A stretch of DNA of 64,000 nt from Myxococcota bacterium. GTDB taxonomy: Bacteria; Myxococcota_A; SURF-8. The stretch is from NCBI GenBank assembly GCA_965140415.1, contig OZ223209.1:352001-416000 (forward strand). The letters run 5' to 3'. The position numbers were made by a program, and so were the translations under genes. How positions within the stretch are numbered: the first letter of the stretch is position 1; the number at the start of each line of letters is the position of its first letter. Positions 28,892-38,547 of the stretch are shown here, one piece after another. The notes under the pieces are model-generated. The model ran no database searches and was not told the origin of the DNA. It was given only the letters and a program-made list of their open reading frames with translations.

Positions 28892-29999
28892 GAATCTTGA
28901 ATATGTACCCCGCCTGCATGAACTTACTGACTTCCGTAACGAAACTCGCCACCCGATCTCCTACCGACAACGCTTCCTCGCGCACGATCCGATCCAGGCA
29001 GATCAGCGCCATGGGCGGACCGCTGTAGCCGAATTCGTGTAATTTCGTGTAGAAACGTTTTTTCGGTAAACCGATTGCCTCGAACTCATCCATTACCGAT
29101 TCCACAATATGCTTGGAAGGCAGGTTGACCTGGAACAGCTTGATGTTCCCGATGTCCGTATTTCCCGCCTGTAGCATTCGCTTGAAACCCTTGAAGAAAA
29201 TGGAACCGTCCTTTTCGTTGAAAATTTCCGTAGATAAGGCATTACGGAAATTCTGGCGCAGATGATGTGCCGCCTGCTCGAATTCCTCCACCGGATTCAT
29301 CCAGTAGGCCGGTCGATAATTGTACATCAACGACGGGCGCTTGCCACCCACCGATTCGATATAACTCTGCTCCAACTCGAATCCCTTGGAGCGCTGGATA
29401 TCATCGGTCAACAGGATCGCCCCTGCGCCGTCACACAGAAACCAGCGTAAAAACAACGACTCGCGGTCCAGTTTCTGCTGATTGTAGTACTCGGCCCGAA
29501 GTTCGGAGGAACTGACACTGGAGGAAAGCACTAGCGCGGTGTGGTTCTGGCCGCTGCGAATTAATTGGTGGGCCAGATACAGCGCCTTGTATGCGGAAGT
29601 ACAATTGGCGTGGATGGAGAACTCGCTACAGGCTTCGATGCCCAGTTCTTCCTGGATGCGAGCGGAAGCGGTCGGCATCTGATCCTGATGAGCGGATCCG
29701 TAGCAGATCAAATCCACGTCCTCGGCTTGCATCCCCGCCGCGTTCAACGCCGCCTGGGCCGCTTTGACCGACATGCTGATGTTGTCGTCGGTGAAGCTGC
29801 GTGTTTCCGGGTCCAGTGCGTAATGATACTGTTTGATATCCAATAGTTCCCGCATGACTTCATGGGTGCGGGCGATCCAGCGTTGGATAGCCGGGGGCGC
29901 TTCCGTCAGTTTGCCCAGCACCGCTTCGATGCCATCGAAAGGAACCGGCTCACCGGGAAGATAACTGCCACTGCCTGCTATGTATACCGAGGAACTCAT
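28869..29999 (-). CDS. KAS III-like (StlD/DarB/FabH-type) condensing enzyme
   Basis: VYIAGSGSYLPGEPV, catalytic HANCTS, FLRWFLCDGAGA. Confidence 0.8.
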   Translation of the reverse strand: MSSSVYIAGSGSYLPGEPVPFDGIEAVLGKLTEAPPAIQRWIARTHEVMRELLDIKQYHYALDPETRSFTDDNISMSVKAAQAALNAAGMQAEDVDLICYGSAHQDQMPTASARIQEELGIEACSEFSIHANCTSAYKALYLAHQLIRSGQNHTALVLSSSVSSSELRAEYYNQQKLDRESLFLRWFLCDGAGAILLTDDIQRSKGFELEQSYIESVGGKRPSLMYNYRPAYWMNPVEEFEQAAHHLRQNFRNALSTEIFNEKDGSIFFKGFKRMLQAGNTDIGNIKLFQVNLPSKHIVESVMDEFEAIGLPKKRFYTKLHEFGYSGPPMALICLDRIVREEALSVGDRVASFVTEVSKFMQAGYIFKIHDGYRQP

Positions 30000-30011
30000 T
30001 GACTTCCTGTT

Positions 30012-31238
30012 CTAACGTCTTGCTTCATGCCGGGAAAAGACCAGCACGCCATTGTGACCGCCGAAAGCGAACGAATTGGAAAGCACGTGCTGCAAGTTCG
30101 CCGCCCGTGGTGCGTCGCATACGAAATCCAGTTCAAAGCCATCGTCCGGTTGATGTAGATGCCAGGTGGGCGGAATCACTTGTTCCTGCAAGACTTTTAC
30201 GCAGATCACCGCTTCGACTCCCGCCGCCGCACTCAAGCAGTGCCCGGTCAGCGATTTCGTGGAAGAAACCGGCGGACTGTTTTTCTCTTCTGCATAAAGA
30301 TGAGTGATCGCCTGTACTTCGTACAAATCATTCAGGCGCGTGGAGGTGCCATGCGCATTGATGTAGTCGATCTGTCCCGGCTGCAACCCGGCCTGTTCGA
30401 TTGCCAATCGCATCGCCCGCGCCATGCTCTTGCCCTCGGGTTCGGGCGAAATAATGTTGTAGCTTTCCGAACACAACCCCGGCCTGGACAACTCTGCGTG
30501 AATGCGTGCGCCGCGCTTTTGAGCGTGTTCCAATGATTCCAGCACCAGCATGCCGGCACCTTCTCCCAAGACGAAACCGGTGCGCGTTTTATCGAAAGGA
30601 CGCGAGGCGCTTTGCATGTGTTCCACATCTTCTGATAACGCCATCAACGAGCAGAAACCTTGTACATCCAGATAACTTATGGCGCTGTCCGCTGCGCCGC
30701 TGACGACGATGTCGCATTGCCCGGAAGTGATCAGACCGTGGGCGGCATGCAGGGCGTATGCACCGGACGAACAGGCGGTGCTCACCACAAACGACGGTCC
30801 CCTGAACTTGTGACTCAAGCTGATCCAGGCCGCAGGTGCACTGGCCATATTCTTTAAAATGCGATGAGGGTCCGATTCCTCGGTTTGCGGAGCATAGCCG
30901 GTGCCGGTACCGCCGACGATAACTCCGATTCGGTCAGTATCGACGTCTTCCGGGTTGATTCCCGCGTCTTCAATCGCCATTTGAGCGCAGGTAACGGCAA
31001 TTTTCGTGCCGCGCGTCATCTGACTGCGCTTGCGTTTTTTAATCGATCGACCGAATAGCTCTTCGGCCTGTTCCGGTAATTCAATACCGAAAGGGGAAGG
31101 CAGATCCTGTGGATCGAACAGTTTAAACCGGCGGACCGGACTATTCCCCTGTAATAATCCGTTCCAAGTGGTTTGCAGATCCAGTCCCAGCCCGGTCATC
31201 AGTCCCAGGCCAGTCACCGCAACACGTGAGTGGGTCAT
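30012..31238 (-). CDS. fabF: Beta-ketoacyl-ACP synthase II
   Basis: VAVTGLG, STACSSG, SRPFD..R.GFVLGEG, INAHGTST..ND, KSLTGH, SNSFAFGGHN (Cys-His-His intact). Confidence 0.93.
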   Translation of the reverse strand: MTHSRVAVTGLGLMTGLGLDLQTTWNGLLQGNSPVRRFKLFDPQDLPSPFGIELPEQAEELFGRSIKKRKRSQMTRGTKIAVTCAQMAIEDAGINPEDVDTDRIGVIVGGTGTGYAPQTEESDPHRILKNMASAPAAWISLSHKFRGPSFVVSTACSSGAYALHAAHGLITSGQCDIVVSGAADSAISYLDVQGFCSLMALSEDVEHMQSASRPFDKTRTGFVLGEGAGMLVLESLEHAQKRGARIHAELSRPGLCSESYNIISPEPEGKSMARAMRLAIEQAGLQPGQIDYINAHGTSTRLNDLYEVQAITHLYAEEKNSPPVSSTKSLTGHCLSAAAGVEAVICVKVLQEQVIPPTWHLHQPDDGFELDFVCDAPRAANLQHVLSNSFAFGGHNGVLVFSRHEARR

Positions 31239-31327
31239 TTGTCCTGTGTCCTGTTCAAACGAAAAACCCGCCGAATCGATATTTACCGATCAACGGACAA
31301 CATTGGGGGCCACGGAATTATGAGTAT

Positions 31328-31735
31328 TCATTCCGTCCCGAACACGTACACGATTACTGCGATTTCCTTTGATGGTAATTCATCTTGAAGAATTTTGAAA
31401 ACGCTTTTTGTAATTCCACTTTGTTTTTCGAACTCTGGTGAAAATTCGATTGTCTGTAAGGATTCGTCGTGCTTCGGAAACACCTGAACTTCCAGGAAAT
31501 CATACGACTCACCAAACGACTTAACTAACGCTTCCTTCACACAAAACGCCACACAGAACTTCCAGGCCGCTTCACTGCCGGATTGTATGTATTGGATTTC
31601 CCGGTCGTTGAACAGCAGAGGAAACGGGCGGGAATCTTGCGCTAGAAGTTTTTCGAAACGATCGACGCTTTCTGCATCGATACCACAACGAAGCAGTGGC
31701 TTCGAAGCTTTAAAACTCCATGTTAACGATGTCAT
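31328..31735 (-). CDS. acpS: Holo-ACP synthase (AcpS-type PPTase)
   Basis: CGIDAESVDRF, FNDREI, FCVKEALVKS. Confidence 0.8.
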   Translation of the reverse strand: MTSLTWSFKASKPLLRCGIDAESVDRFEKLLAQDSRPFPLLFNDREIQYIQSGSEAAWKFCVAFCVKEALVKSFGESYDFLEVQVFPKHDESLQTIEFSPEFEKQSGITKSVFKILQDELPSKEIAVIVYVFGTE

Positions 31736-32018
31736 TGCCGTATTTGACGATCTGCAAGGTCATTTCCATCACTTCACCGATCGTGTTGGCAGGTTTGCTC
31801 ATCAGATGTTTTCCAAGGGTTTTCAACTCGATGGTCAATCCGTATTTCTTACGGAAAATTTCCAGCAGAGAAAGCAGCATCAACGAGTCACCCTCTAAAT
31901 CCACGATGATGTCGGTTTGATCGGTAATTTCACTTTTATCGATATCGCATTCTTCCGAAAAGTAATCGAACACAATCTCGCGGATGTCATCCCTGATTTC
32001 TTGCGTGATCGCTTCCAT
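31710..32018 (-). CDS. Acyl carrier protein
   Basis: Acidic ~100-aa protein with DLEGDSLMLL phosphopantetheine site; AGGAAGG before ATG 32018 (start uncertain). Confidence 0.85.
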   Translation of the reverse strand: MEAITQEIRDDIREIVFDYFSEECDIDKSEITDQTDIIVDLEGDSLMLLSLLEIFRKKYGLTIELKTLGKHLMSKPANTIGEVMEMTLQIVKYGNDIVNMEF

Positions 32019-32112
32019 TTCTTCCTTCCTCATCATTCGGAGCAGACCGGACTCATCCAATCAAATGGAGTGCATCCCATTTCAGACCACACCTCTGAAA
32101 ATAGAGAACCTA

Positions 32113-32141
32113 TTCCTACGCTATTTTTGTCGTGGTGTCAA
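32113..32141 (-). promoter_or_regulatory. Candidate sigma70 promoter of the ACP cluster
   Basis: TTGACA-17 bp-TAGGAA on minus strand upstream of ACP. Confidence 0.4.
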
Positions 32142-32414
32142 GATCCTATGCATACAATTGCAAATCTGCATCACCTTCGCTAATCACTGATTTTCTATAG
32201 GGAAATAGAACAGAATGTCAGTTTTGAACTCGAATCGATTGTGGTAATCCGGGGATAGGAGAGAAAATTTGACACCGCGTAGAAATCGCGTGTAGCCTAT
32301 CGAAGCCGGTACAGGTCGATCCAATACGGACTCATTGCAAACAAGGAATTGTGACGGAAGCAGTCTTGGATCTCGTTGCATCCAGACCTCGTTTCCTTCG
32401 ACTATCGACCGGTT

Positions 32415-33449
32415 TCAGGCACCGTCATTGGCGGCGCTTGCCTGCTCGTTACCGGAACCGTTTTCGCCGTTTTCGTCCAGTTCCACCTGGCTGAGTTCAC
32501 CCATGGTCATACCGAGTTTGGACAACAACACCAGTCCCAGAATTGTAATGGGAATGATTTGCGTAGCGTGAATCGCAACCGACCAGGCCAGTGCCGTCGT
32601 GTTGGCGATGCCGAAAATAGCCAGCGTTTTTACGCAGGCGAACTGAAACACGCCGATATAGCTGGGACTGCTCGGAATCAGTGAAGACAGGTTCACCACG
32701 ACCAAAGCTAATAACGCCGCCTGCAATGGAACGGAAATCCCGAATGCATACAGGTAGTTGATGTACACCATCACTTCGCAGATCCACACCAGGAAACTGA
32801 TCAGGAAGGAAATAACAAAATCCTTGGGTTGATGCAGCAGGGAAAGCCCCAATACGAAACGATTTAAAATATGCAGAATCTTAGCGGAAATAGCAGCAGG
32901 GAAAATCCCCACCAGCTTTTCGGTCAGATTCATGACCCGCTGCCGCTGATAGGCCAGCGCGAACAGGAAAAGCAAACCACCGACGAATAGCAGTGACGAC
33001 ACCCAGGCCATGTATCGCAGCCAGGCGCGATCGACATCGGCGGCGAACATCAACACCACCAGGATCATGACGATGGTCAAGCCGTCGAACAGGCGTTCCA
33101 ATACCACCGAGGCAAAGGCGGAACTGCGGCTCATGCCTTCGCTTTTTCCGGTGACGTAAGCGCGGACGATCTCTCCCAACCGTGCGGGTAGCAGATTGTT
33201 GGCCATGTAGCCGATTACGATATAGGAAAACAGCGCCGGCATACGGATGTTCTTGACCGAGCGCAACATGAAGCGCCAGCGCAGGGTACGAAAGAAGAAG
33301 GAAATCAGGTAAAAGAAAACACCCGGCAGGATGTACATGGGGCTAACGTGCTTGAAAGCCTGAACGAAATCGTTCAGGTTGAAATTCCAGACGGCCAGCG
33401 TCAGAAACAGGGCCGAAACGAGAATGGCGAGTATCGTACGTGCTTTCAT
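32415..33449 (-). CDS. Lysylphosphatidylglycerol-synthase-TM (UPF0104) flippase-like membrane protein
   Basis: RTLRW, GYMANNLLPARLGE..R, SVVLERLFD, PSSPSYIGVFQ. Confidence 0.88.
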   Translation of the reverse strand: MKARTILAILVSALFLTLAVWNFNLNDFVQAFKHVSPMYILPGVFFYLISFFFRTLRWRFMLRSVKNIRMPALFSYIVIGYMANNLLPARLGEIVRAYVTGKSEGMSRSSAFASVVLERLFDGLTIVMILVVLMFAADVDRAWLRYMAWVSSLLFVGGLLFLFALAYQRQRVMNLTEKLVGIFPAAISAKILHILNRFVLGLSLLHQPKDFVISFLISFLVWICEVMVYINYLYAFGISVPLQAALLALVVVNLSSLIPSSPSYIGVFQFACVKTLAIFGIANTTALAWSVAIHATQIIPITILGLVLLSKLGMTMGELSQVELDENGENGSGNEQASAANDGA

Positions 33450-33581
33450 TACAGCCTCACGGATTGAACTAGGCCGCCATAAATAACAATCCCCCTAAAA
33501 AAAGTCAATCATTCCTTTTTCAATGGATCGAAATGGGGTGAGTGTATCGCTCGGACAGACAGTGATACCTGATCTACTTGG

Positions 33582-35264
33582 TTACTCCTCGGATTCCCGC
33601 AACTCTTCGCACTCCACCTGTTCGCGCAGATATTCTTCGCGGCCTTCCAGAAAATCCTTCAAGCGACCGATATGAATCAGGAAATCCGAGCGACTGTCGT
33701 TCCTGTCGTTGGGATCGGCGCTGATGGATTCCCATAAGACCTCATCCAGCGCATCCGGCAGGCGGGGCAGACGTGTTTGCCAATAGTCGCTGTCGAGCAT
33801 TTCGCAGATATTCTGCCGAATCTGTTTGCCCAATTCGGGATCGAGTTGCGTGATGTGAATCAGCACGTTGGCCCAGCATTCCGGGTAGCCTTCATCCGGG
33901 CCGATGTCATCGTCGTCATCTACAAGTCCGTTCAGCCACCAATGATCGGAGCGCATGTGGTCTTCGTCGCAGATGTCTTCCGGTTCCGAATCGAAATAGC
34001 AGCCAAGCGTCAGATCCATATCCCAGGGGTAAAACTCCCAGGCGCTTTTTCCCGATTGGTTGGTCTGCCAGGAAAAGTAGAAGTTGTTCGTTGTAGAATC
34101 CGGGTCTTGAATCAGAATTTTTCCGGCCAGATAATTCATGTAGGCACTGACATGCAATAAGGGTCGGGTGCGTGTGGTCACCGTTTCATGGCGGGTTCGG
34201 TCCAATTGATCTGACTCCTCAAAATCCGGCCAGATTGCCGTTTCGATAAACTGAATCAAGTCGGAATAGTCTTCTTCATCTCCGGTTTTTTTGTGGTAAT
34301 ACGTGGGGTATTCGCTTTCATCCGGCATCGGGACAAAGGCTCCGCCTGGATAGTAAATCCCCATTTCATACATGGCGTTGTCCCGGTTGCGGCCATTGGT
34401 TTCCAGGAAGTTTCCGCCGATGCGCTCGATTTCGACCATCAAGCCGTAATAGTCCCCATTGACGTACAATTGCTTGTAGCGGACGCGCGGTGTCGGGATG
34501 CGAGTCAATGCCCGATAGGTATGATAGGACAGGAAACTGCGCATGAAAGTCGGGTCGTCCCAATCCGCTTTGTAATTGATTTTACGAGCGAATCCCGGAT
34601 GGTCCACATCTTCCGGGAACCGAATGCGGAAGCTGCTTTTGGGGAAAGACCGGGAAAAGCTACCCAGAATGCGGATTTGTTCGCCGTTATCATAACGAAC
34701 GCCATCTACAGTAAGGACACAGTCGTAAAAAGTTTCAATACCACTGGATGCACCATCCAACAGCGCCTGAAAGTCCGCCGGGTCCATCTCCAAATCCGCG
34801 CGTCCCACCAGCGCGGGCATACAGAAACTTTCAATGCAATGCTCCCCGCTGCGGCACTGCGCATCCGCAGAACAGGCTCCGCATTGTCCATTCGCCCGGC
34901 AACCTTCCAACTCCCGGCATTGCGCCGCTGTTGTACAAGCTCCACATCGATTTCCCAGAAATCCCTGTCCGGGCAGGCAGTCACGAGGACCGGTGGGCGT
35001 TAAAATGGGGTCGTCATCATAAAATGGTTCAACCGCCTCTGGCCATTCAACCTCTTGAATTTCTTTAATATCGGCATCTTCATCGCCATCGGTGTGGTTG
35101 TTGCGGTCACCATCGGTAGAATCATCCAGGTCGCCATCGCTACTTTCTGGTTGATCTGAATCACCGTTTGTATTCGTTTCGTCTGAATTGCACCCGGCAA
35201 ATAGGAACGCCGAAGCGAGCAGCAACAGTATACAAATCAGAGACAGCATATGCTTGAATGCCAT
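33582..35264 (-). CDS. CotH-family kinase lipoprotein
   Basis: FAG-C lipobox, DGD linker, short Cys-rich module, FPKSSFRIRF, LYVNGDYYGL...E, NNFYF, PWDMDLTLG. Confidence 0.85.
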   Translation of the reverse strand: MAFKHMLSLICILLLLASAFLFAGCNSDETNTNGDSDQPESSDGDLDDSTDGDRNNHTDGDEDADIKEIQEVEWPEAVEPFYDDDPILTPTGPRDCLPGQGFLGNRCGACTTAAQCRELEGCRANGQCGACSADAQCRSGEHCIESFCMPALVGRADLEMDPADFQALLDGASSGIETFYDCVLTVDGVRYDNGEQIRILGSFSRSFPKSSFRIRFPEDVDHPGFARKINYKADWDDPTFMRSFLSYHTYRALTRIPTPRVRYKQLYVNGDYYGLMVEIERIGGNFLETNGRNRDNAMYEMGIYYPGGAFVPMPDESEYPTYYHKKTGDEEDYSDLIQFIETAIWPDFEESDQLDRTRHETVTTRTRPLLHVSAYMNYLAGKILIQDPDSTTNNFYFSWQTNQSGKSAWEFYPWDMDLTLGCYFDSEPEDICDEDHMRSDHWWLNGLVDDDDDIGPDEGYPECWANVLIHITQLDPELGKQIRQNICEMLDSDYWQTRLPRLPDALDEVLWESISADPNDRNDSRSDFLIHIGRLKDFLEGREEYLREQVECEELRESEE

Positions 35265-35468
35265 GATGAAAGTCCTTACCTGCACATGGGGTTTGCATGG
35301 AATACCACGCTTTAGTTTGTTTGTCATGCTACGAGCAGAACCGAGCAACTGTCAAGCCGGTTGTCACATTCGTTTCGCTTTTCGGGATATCTGCACTTTT
35401 GCTTGCCCGCACCGAAGCGATTTGATAGCATGGCATGGTGGATTGAAAACTTTGCAAGGGGTCACGTC

Positions 35469-36416
35469 ATGAAATCCAACCGGGCCTTTCAGATCAAGGC
35501 GCTTTGCTTTTTAGTGGCTGTATTGTCCAGTACCTTTTTAATGGGCGATTTCTGCGAGGATGTTCTTTCGATTCCCATCGAAGTCGAATACGCCACCAGT
35601 CCCACCAACGACTCCGCCTCGGAGGACTACGATCCGATTTCATTGGAAGTTTCCTTTAAAGACATGGCTCCGGTAACGGTAGACGGTGATCTGGACGGTG
35701 ATCTGGAAATACCCGCCCTGGATGGCGATCTGGATATTGAAACCGGGTTGGAAGGCGACATCCCCACCGTCGATGACATTCTGGATGGCGGCTATGATTT
35801 ATCCGTGCAGCATCTGACCGTCGATCTGACCGACCCCGAAAACGGTGGTGTGCGGGATATCAACAATTACAAGGGAAACATTCTGGGCGTTTTCATCCGT
35901 TCGGTCGGTTACGAAATTCCTCAGAGCAACATCCCGGCGGATCTTCCACCACTGGAAATTTACCTTTCGATCAAAGCCCAGGACGAGGAAAACTCGGATA
36001 CTTCTTTCGATTGGGATAGCTGGGTAGCTTCGCTGGAAGATGGCCAGTCGCTGGATTACGACTGGCTGACCGATCCCGATGGCGGCAACGCCGTGCGCCT
36101 GGGTAGCACCGATCGCCTGATCTGGAATGCACCACTGGGAGCGGAAGTCAACGCAGACGGTAGCTTTACCGTCCCATTAAGGGATTTCCCGACCTCGCAT
36201 TATCTGATTTCGCCGATCGAAAACATCGATCAGGTTTCCGAAGTCATTATGGAGAACTTCCGTTTCGAAGTGCTGGTTGTTCCCGCACCGGACGAAAACG
36301 GCCAACGCTCGCGGGTTTATGTGGACGAGGCATATCGCGATCTGATCCCCGACGATCTTTCGGGAAAGATCGATCTGATTCTGCACCTGGCGGTGGTTGT
36401 AATCGCCAAGGCCTGA
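35469..36416 (+). CDS. Hypothetical exported acidic protein
   Basis: Signal-like N-terminus ending LMGDFC; DGDLD repeats; no family recognised. Confidence 0.7.
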   Translation: MKSNRAFQIKALCFLVAVLSSTFLMGDFCEDVLSIPIEVEYATSPTNDSASEDYDPISLEVSFKDMAPVTVDGDLDGDLEIPALDGDLDIETGLEGDIPTVDDILDGGYDLSVQHLTVDLTDPENGGVRDINNYKGNILGVFIRSVGYEIPQSNIPADLPPLEIYLSIKAQDEENSDTSFDWDSWVASLEDGQSLDYDWLTDPDGGNAVRLGSTDRLIWNAPLGAEVNADGSFTVPLRDFPTSHYLISPIENIDQVSEVIMENFRFEVLVVPAPDENGQRSRVYVDEAYRDLIPDDLSGKIDLILHLAVVVIAKA

Positions 36417-36458
36417 TATCCGCCTGTTTCATCACCTCGATTAGTTTGGAGAGGTTTC

Positions 36459-37250
36459 ATGTCCCGGTTACAACTACCTGACATTCGTATTGATGCACGT
36501 TTCAGTCTGTTAGTGATGGCGCTGCTGTTATTGTTCGCCTGTTCCGATTCGCATGAGGATAAGCTACCACCGGTCAAAGAACCGAACGAGCAGGACGTGC
36601 TCAAGCTATTCCACATCAATGGCGATACGCCCAACGTGCTCTATACCTACATGGACGAGAAGGGGGCCTACCAGACGGTGGAAAAATCCGACGACGTACC
36701 CGATCCCTTCCGAAACGACGTACTTGTGGTGCCGCTGTCGGTGCCACCGGAAAAACGTCTGGCTGCCACCAAAGTGGCGGTGGCCGATTTGAATTCCAAA
36801 ACGAAAGACGGCTTCTTCCCCGTCGAACTGGAAGACCGCTCCCGCTACGAGAATGCCGTCAAGCTCAAGCGCAAGTGGCGCTTGTCGCAGGTCCGCGAAC
36901 CGATGCCGCAATATAATGCGGCACAATTGAAAGGGCAGGCGCCCGCAGCGCGCGACCGCGTAGTGCTCTATGGTGCAAGTTGGTGTGGTTACTGCCGCAA
37001 GGTCAAGCATCTGTTGGAGCAGAACAAGGTGCCCTTTGTGGAGCGCGATATCGAGAAAGACGATCAGGCTGCCAAAGAGATGATGGCCAGTTGCGCTGCC
37101 GACGGCGTGCAGTGTTCCGGCGTGCCGGTTGTCGATTGGATGGGGCAGTTGGTTTTAGGTTATGATGAAGCCACTTTGAAGCGCTTGATGCACGAACGGC
37201 CTCCCAAAGCCGCCGTACCCGCTGCACCGGCGACCCCGACAAAACCGTAA
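36459..37250 (+). CDS. Glutaredoxin-domain lipoprotein
   Basis: LFA-C lipobox; VVLYGASWCGYC, ERDIEKD, GVPV. Confidence 0.8.
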   Translation: MSRLQLPDIRIDARFSLLVMALLLLFACSDSHEDKLPPVKEPNEQDVLKLFHINGDTPNVLYTYMDEKGAYQTVEKSDDVPDPFRNDVLVVPLSVPPEKRLAATKVAVADLNSKTKDGFFPVELEDRSRYENAVKLKRKWRLSQVREPMPQYNAAQLKGQAPAARDRVVLYGASWCGYCRKVKHLLEQNKVPFVERDIEKDDQAAKEMMASCAADGVQCSGVPVVDWMGQLVLGYDEATLKRLMHERPPKAAVPAAPATPTKP

Positions 37251-37266
37251 TTGGAAAGTGTAACGA

Positions 37267-38547
37267 TCAACCCTCGGTTTCCACGTCTGCATCGACTTCT
37301 GCGGTTTCCGAGAGTTCCTCTTCCGTGTCGCTATCCGGCAACAGATCGCCGTCCGGGGCGGCATCCATGTCACCATCGGTACTCGGTAGCGCTTTGCCTC
37401 CAACACCGACGGACAGCTCCGGGTTGTTCAGATCGTCGCTGCTGATCGTGATTGTTTTGTAATAATCGCCAGCCGAAGTTGGAGTGAACGATACGGTCAA
37501 TAACGCCGAATCGTCCGACTGTATGATGGTTGGCATGGCGATCGGCTGCAATTGAAACACACCCGAAGGATCGATTAGTTGAGCCTTTAATATTGCCAGC
37601 GCTTTGCTTTGATCGTTCACGTTTTTTATCAACAAGGAACCCTGGCGAGTGGTTCCGGCTTCGACTTCCCCGAAATCGAGTTGAGCCGGTTCAACGGCAA
37701 TCACGCCGCCGCCTGCTCCGCGCCCCGTTAATTCAATCTGCCAATCCGCCGCATCGGTATCGTTACTGGCAACGATTACGGTTCCGGTCGCCTCCGCCTG
37801 CAAAGTCGGACGGAAGGTGACTTCAAACGAAAGTTCATAGCCGGGTTGTACGACGCTGCCATCTTTATCGGGCAGGCTGAAAGCCGCGTCGCTATCGACG
37901 GACAATTCCAGTGACTGCACCTGCAAGGGGCCGTCGCCGCTATTGTTGATGGTGAAGCTGCGCGTGGATTGCCCGTCGATGGCCACCAGCCCGAAAGCGA
38001 GCTTGGTATCGCCACCGATGTTCGGCTCGCCTGTTACTGTATCGCCATCCTGATCGCCGTCCTCTTCCTCTGCCGGCAATCCCGGACCGAATAACGAAAA
38101 GTGATCCGTCGTTGCACTGACGCTTAGCGCCGTTGTATCCACGTCTCCTTCCAGCGCGCTCCAGGTACTCTGGAAATCGGCAGCGGTATAAATGCGGATG
38201 GCGGCAGCATCCGTTTCTTCCGGCAAGCGGCTGTCATCGTAGTTCATGCTGATGGTAATAGGTTTGGCAAACGTCGTGTCTTCCGGTCCCAGCCGGTAGA
38301 AATCCCCAAGAGGCGTTACGCCGCGTGTCGGATCTTCTACCTTGACGACACTCAACTCCAGCGCCTCTTCGACCGCTCCGGCAGGCCATTGCAAGCTTAC
38401 TCCCAAGATTGTTACACTTCCGGCTTCGGGAGTGATCCACACGCCGGTTTCCGCCGGATCGTCGCCATCGCTGGAACAGGACATGCTACAACAAACCACA
38501 ACCGCGAGTAGCAGCAGACACAAGAGCATCGATCGTGCAGGGCGCAT
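37267..38547 (-). CDS. Lipoprotein with ZU5-like and two Ig-like (choice-of-anchor D/ASH) domains
   Basis: SMS-C lipobox; ITPEAG...PAGAV...LGPE..TFAKP..TTDHFS; two FG.V....I.N.G...L....VTF.PT...SND repeats. Confidence 0.75.
   Translation of the reverse strand: MRPARSMLLCLLLLAVVVCCSMSCSSDGDDPAETGVWITPEAGSVTILGVSLQWPAGAVEEALELSVVKVEDPTRGVTPLGDFYRLGPEDTTFAKPITISMNYDDSRLPEETDAAAIRIYTAADFQSTWSALEGDVDTTALSVSATTDHFSLFGPGLPAEEEDGDQDGDTVTGEPNIGGDTKLAFGLVAIDGQSTRSFTINNSGDGPLQVQSLELSVDSDAAFSLPDKDGSVVQPGYELSFEVTFRPTLQAEATGTVIVASNDTDAADWQIELTGRGAGGGVIAVEPAQLDFGEVEAGTTRQGSLLIKNVNDQSKALAILKAQLIDPSGVFQLQPIAMPTIIQSDDSALLTVSFTPTSAGDYYKTITISSDDLNNPELSVGVGGKALPSTDGDMDAAPDGDLLPDSDTEEELSETAEVDADVETEG

Noticed and set aside
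23691-32018. Calling the cluster a dialkylresorcinol, ladderane, aryl polyene or beta-branching cluster
   Set aside because: Diagnostic partners (DarA; FabG/FabZ and chain-length factor; HMG-CoA synthase) are missing, so no product is claimed.
32415-33449. Including the UPF0104 flippase-like gene in the ACP cluster
   Set aside because: Separated by ~400 bp containing a promoter-like motif; same strand but linkage is unsupported.
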